A stretch of DNA of 64,000 nucleotides from an uncultured Bacillota bacterium. Its GTDB lineage: Bacteria > Bacillota_I > Bacilli_A > RFN20 > CAG-449. The notes under the pieces were generated by a model. That model searched no databases. It was not told where the DNA came from and saw only the letters and a list, made by a program, of their open reading frames with translations. The DNA is taken from NCBI GenBank assembly GCA_902493275.1, contig CABUOQ010000003.1, positions 17,278-81,277 on the forward strand, given 5' to 3'. This document shows, piece by piece, positions 60,959-64,000 of this stretch. Position numbers and translations under genes: made by a program. Each line of letters starts with the position of its first letter. Position 1 is the stretch's first letter.

Positions 60959-62823
60959 TACAAAGCTCCTTTAAATAAATTGCAGCTATAGTATTCTTCA
61001 TCATATTCATCTAAAATTGTTAAATTGAAATAGGAAAGATCACTGCGTAAAGTTGCTTCGGCATTATAAACATTTCCATTAATCCAAGTTAAATTGTTTA
61101 TTCTAAATTGATATGAACCTAAGTCTTCAAAAGAAAAATTGACTTTATTGCCTTCAAAAATATAATAACCAGTCATATCATCATTAAAATAGAAATTTAA
61201 ATCAGCATATAAATGATACCATCTATATGGTTTTAATAAAGAAGAGATATTTAAGGTATTATCACTTACTGTAACATCTAATGTACCTTTTATATTTGGA
61301 TTAGCTTTGCTTGAGGCTGTAATAGTGGTTTCACCCGGCTTAACAGCAATTAAATAAGGTGTATTTTGAATTATTGCTACTCTGGCAATAGATTCATCAG
61401 CTGATTCAAATGTAATATCTTCTAAAGTTCCAGCTGGATTAATTGTGTATAATATTTCAAATTGATCACCAGGGAATATGTTTCCTTGATATGATATACC
61501 ATGATATAGGAATAGTTTTATACTTGTAATATCAACGTTACCAATTGTAATTTCTGTTTTTTCTGTAATTCCATTAGATGAAGTTACAGAAACGTTGCAT
61601 GTACCTTTTTGATTAGAGATAAATCCGCTACCATCAACAGAGATAATACTTTCATTATCGGAAGATACTGCAGTTAAATCTAAATCTAAAGCTTTTTCTG
61701 GAGAATAAGTTTCGGCATAAGGAAAAACAAATGTTCCAACTGGAGCAGTATTATTTTTACAATATAATCTTTCGCCCATATGTTCTGGATCTGGATACCA
61801 AAAACCAATAGTGTATTCTTTTAACCAATAATTTTCTGGATCTTCATAATCTATAGTTTCATTGCTTCGTTCACCACGGTCGACTATATATGATTCTTTA
61901 ACAGTTGTTAATAATTCATTTTCTGTAGCTTCTGTTTGTGAGATACCAAAGTCAAAAGCTTTTAAGAAACCATCTTCTTTATTTATTACTACATCCATGG
62001 TATAGTCTAAAATATATGATCCATATTCATCGCCAGAAGGACTACCATTCACGATTATTGAATATTTTAAATCAGAGCCAACTTCTTCATATCCAATGCG
62101 GGATGTTTCACCAAGATTAATCATGAAATAATTATTAATATACGTTAAGAAATAATATGAAGCAAACATGGATGTATTGAAATCAAGATCTTGTTTTAAA
62201 ATTTCATCATTATCTGGAGTTCCCTCGTCGATTATTAGATACTTTCTCGCGGTATCATCTTCTTTGCCAATTTCATAATCGGTGATGGCATAGAAATATT
62301 CGCCTTTTACTCCTTTATAAGTCGTATATGTCTTATTAACAGGTTCATACATTGATGAAGAATCAGGAGCATTTTCCCATTTTATTGAAGAAGTTCCTAA
62401 TGTGTAGGAAAAATCTTTATACATTGTCAGGTTTTCTTCAATAATTTGCTCTCTTGCTAAAGAATTAGAGTAGTAACTTTTAGTGACGCTTTTATGATAT
62501 GAGACTGAGGTTTCTTTGCCTTCCGTATCCATATTGCTATATACTGCATTATATAAATCACCTAAGGTTTTAGGAATTTCGTATACATATTCTATTTCAC
62601 TAGAACTGATAGATGATGACGAAGATGTCTCTGAATCAGGTCTTGAAATAGATATTATTGAGTTATTAGAAGAACTGCTACTTTCAATAACACTTGACAA
62701 TGATGAGTTTTCACTAGACGAGATAGAATTTGTTGAACTTGAAGTGCTTGATTGACTAGATGTAGGTGATGAAACACAACCTAGCAATAAAAAAGCGCTG
62801 ATAAATAATACTGATTTTTTCAT
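60958..62823 (-). CDS. Ser-rich surface lipoprotein with C-terminal bacterial Ig-like (BIG2-type) domains
   Basis: Lipobox LLLGC. Ig-like segments (ITFESADESIARVA ... GETTITASS). Confidence 0.6.
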   Translation of the reverse strand: MKKSVLFISAFLLLGCVSSPTSSQSSTSSSTNSISSSENSSLSSVIESSSSSNNSIISISRPDSETSSSSSISSSEIEYVYEIPKTLGDLYNAVYSNMDTEGKETSVSYHKSVTKSYYSNSLAREQIIEENLTMYKDFSYTLGTSSIKWENAPDSSSMYEPVNKTYTTYKGVKGEYFYAITDYEIGKEDDTARKYLIIDEGTPDNDEILKQDLDFNTSMFASYYFLTYINNYFMINLGETSRIGYEEVGSDLKYSIIVNGSPSGDEYGSYILDYTMDVVINKEDGFLKAFDFGISQTEATENELLTTVKESYIVDRGERSNETIDYEDPENYWLKEYTIGFWYPDPEHMGERLYCKNNTAPVGTFVFPYAETYSPEKALDLDLTAVSSDNESIISVDGSGFISNQKGTCNVSVTSSNGITEKTEITIGNVDITSIKLFLYHGISYQGNIFPGDQFEILYTINPAGTLEDITFESADESIARVAIIQNTPYLIAVKPGETTITASSKANPNIKGTLDVTVSDNTLNISSLLKPYRWYHLYADLNFYFNDDMTGYYIFEGNKVNFSFEDLGSYQFRINNLTWINGNVYNAEATLRSDLSYFNLTILDEYDEEYYSCNLFKGAL

Positions 62824-62832
62824 TAAAACCTC

Positions 62833-63657
62833 CTAAAATAAACTTGATAAAGTTTCATAATTATATACAAATATTGAAAGGTTATCATCGTTAAATTCAA
62901 TTAAACGTAATCCATATTCACGATTTTCATCATATCCAATGAAGAATCCAGAAGAGTTATCTTTTACAATGGAAAATCCACTGGTGTTTAATGTCGCAAC
63001 ATAGTTTTTTAAAGCATTCTTTGGGACATTAAAAATATCAATCATTGCATAGTCGGCATCATATAATTGTGAATTTCCGGTATAAAGTTTATATTCATCA
63101 CTTTCATATACAGGTATGTCACCTGTAGTATTTAAGAATGTATTTATTTGTTCTATTGGCCAATCAGGACCAACATAAGAATACTTTATTTCATTTGAGA
63201 AAGGTTCTTTTTTTGCTGTTCCAAAATCTTGATTTCCTGATAGATCCTCAAATGCCCAATCAACAAATTCGCCATCATATGAGACGATGAATTTTGTTAT
63301 TCCACTATCGCTTATATATAAATTAGTTTCTTCAAAGTTATCGTATATACCTGCAAAATTAAAATGAACATTTCCCATTTGCATTGTATAATCTTCAAAA
63401 ATTTCAAAGCTTAAATTTATAGAAAGAATTCCGGTTGAAGAATGTATATACCATACACCGATTAATTCGGAATGAAATAAAGAATAATCAATTGATGAAC
63501 TGCTTTCTTCAGAACTAGTGGTGCTATCGCTAGAACTTGAAACTGATAAAATATCACTAGAACTTGAACTTAATAAGCTACTATTTGAACTTATTTGATT
63601 TGTTTGATTACAACTGCATAACGCTAAAAGCGCAAAGATAATTAATTGTTTTTTCAT
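62833..63657 (-). CDS. Ser-rich surface lipoprotein (274 aa)
   Basis: Lipobox LALCSC. Ser-rich linker. Confidence 0.55.
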   Translation of the reverse strand: MKKQLIIFALLALCSCNQTNQISSNSSLLSSSSSDILSVSSSSDSTTSSEESSSSIDYSLFHSELIGVWYIHSSTGILSINLSFEIFEDYTMQMGNVHFNFAGIYDNFEETNLYISDSGITKFIVSYDGEFVDWAFEDLSGNQDFGTAKKEPFSNEIKYSYVGPDWPIEQINTFLNTTGDIPVYESDEYKLYTGNSQLYDADYAMIDIFNVPKNALKNYVATLNTSGFSIVKDNSSGFFIGYDENREYGLRLIEFNDDNLSIFVYNYETLSSLF

Positions 63658-63659
63658 AT

Positions 63660-64000
63660 TTACTCCTCATATTTTGTAAAAGTATAAGTTTTTTTTGAAT
63701 ATGTTGATGAACTAGTTGCCATCTTACCCGTAAGAATTAGCCCACTTTTATCTAATGTTAAATTTTCTAATGTATAGAATAAAGTTGAATTTGTTGTTTT
63801 GACATTAGAGATAGCAATTTCAAAACCATTTATTTCATAGTCGAATGTGCCATATAGGGTGGAGTAATCTTCATTTCCATCAACAACCCTTCCTTTTCCA
63901 TTTTCTAAGAAATTTAAGATATATGCTTTGTCTCCATTCATAGTTTTAAACTTTGTAGATAAAAGTGTTGATAGAACATCTGTTTCACTTATATTTTCAT
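63660..64000 (-). CDS. Hypothetical protein, C-terminal part (gene start lies beyond the window end)
   Basis: The minus-strand frame stays open from 63941 to the window edge. Confidence 0.4.
   Translation of the reverse strand, partial: ENISETDVLSTLLSTKFKTMNGDKAYILNFLENGKGRVVDGNEDYSTLYGTFDYEINGFEIAISNVKTTNSTLFYTLENLTLDKSGLILTGKMATSSSTYSKKTYTFTKYEE

Noticed and set aside
3957-62755. Numerous short ORFs nested inside or antisense to the large genes listed above (for example 3957..4205, 5508..5702, 7379..7609, 7816..8070, 13007..13213, 14809..15036, 16398..16879, 25876..26634, 27588..27779, 28913..29170, 31797..32015, 33892..34125, 37240..37476, 39783..39968, 43590..43814, 45192..45377, 47446..47643, 50157..50375, 54234..54933, 57840..58052, 59674..59928, 61938..62120, 62516..62755)
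   Set aside because: Each lies within a longer, well-supported CDS in another frame or strand. They are low-complexity, lack an RBS and show AT-rich codon bias. They are spurious.
1-64000. Mollicutes-type genetic code (UGA read as Trp), considered because of the very low GC and the Ser-rich lipoproteins
   Set aside because: Every long gene reads through cleanly under the standard code. TGA functions as a stop, for example at 46392..46394. The sporulation genes are also incompatible with Mollicutes.

Overview
AT-rich, low-GC Firmicutes chromosome segment. The standard genetic code is in use: long uninterrupted ORFs, and TGA serves as a stop codon. Many secreted lipoproteins have Ser-rich linkers after the lipobox. 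A conserved Bacillus/Clostridium-type backbone (pth-mfd ... yabO-yabP-yabQ-divIC ... spoIIE-tilS-ftsH-dusB-lysS) shows the host is a sporulation-competent Firmicute, plausibly an Erysipelotrichia- or Clostridia-like gut anaerobe. A large accessory insertion of about 31 kb (15.3-46.6 kb) lies between mfd and yabO. It contains: (i) a minus-strand glycan-utilisation operon (surface lipoproteins, ABC sugar transporter, two tandem GH-A clan lipoprotein paralogs, GH2 beta-galactosidase, GH127-like enzyme) with a convergent AraC regulator and a divergent MsmK-like ATPase; (ii) a complete type II-A CRISPR-Cas locus (cas9-cas1-cas2-csn2, an upstream tracrRNA with its own promoter and terminator, and a 14-spacer array of 36-bp repeats and 30-bp spacers that contains an internal 3-spacer block duplication and two near-identical consecutive spacers); (iii) immediately downstream of the array, a small cassette flanked by about 45-bp direct repeats (hairpin plus RBS) that encodes a zeta-toxin/P-loop-kinase-like protein with an N/Q-rich N-terminal extension and two small proteins; and (iv) two large lipoproteins (one with three internal repeats, one with a GH127-like C-terminal domain) plus an ArsR-HTH fusion protein. 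The first 10 kb is a second carbohydrate cluster (four GH43, one GH36 alpha-galactosidase, one SASA-type esterase). A second small insertion between divIC and spoIIE encodes a small sigma-70/ECF-type sigma factor co-operonic with a membrane protein that has anti-sigma-like topology and an extracellular domain matching the serpin signature. This is the most unusual system in the window. The 3' end (58.3-64 kb) is a run of Ser-rich lipoprotein genes on the minus strand.
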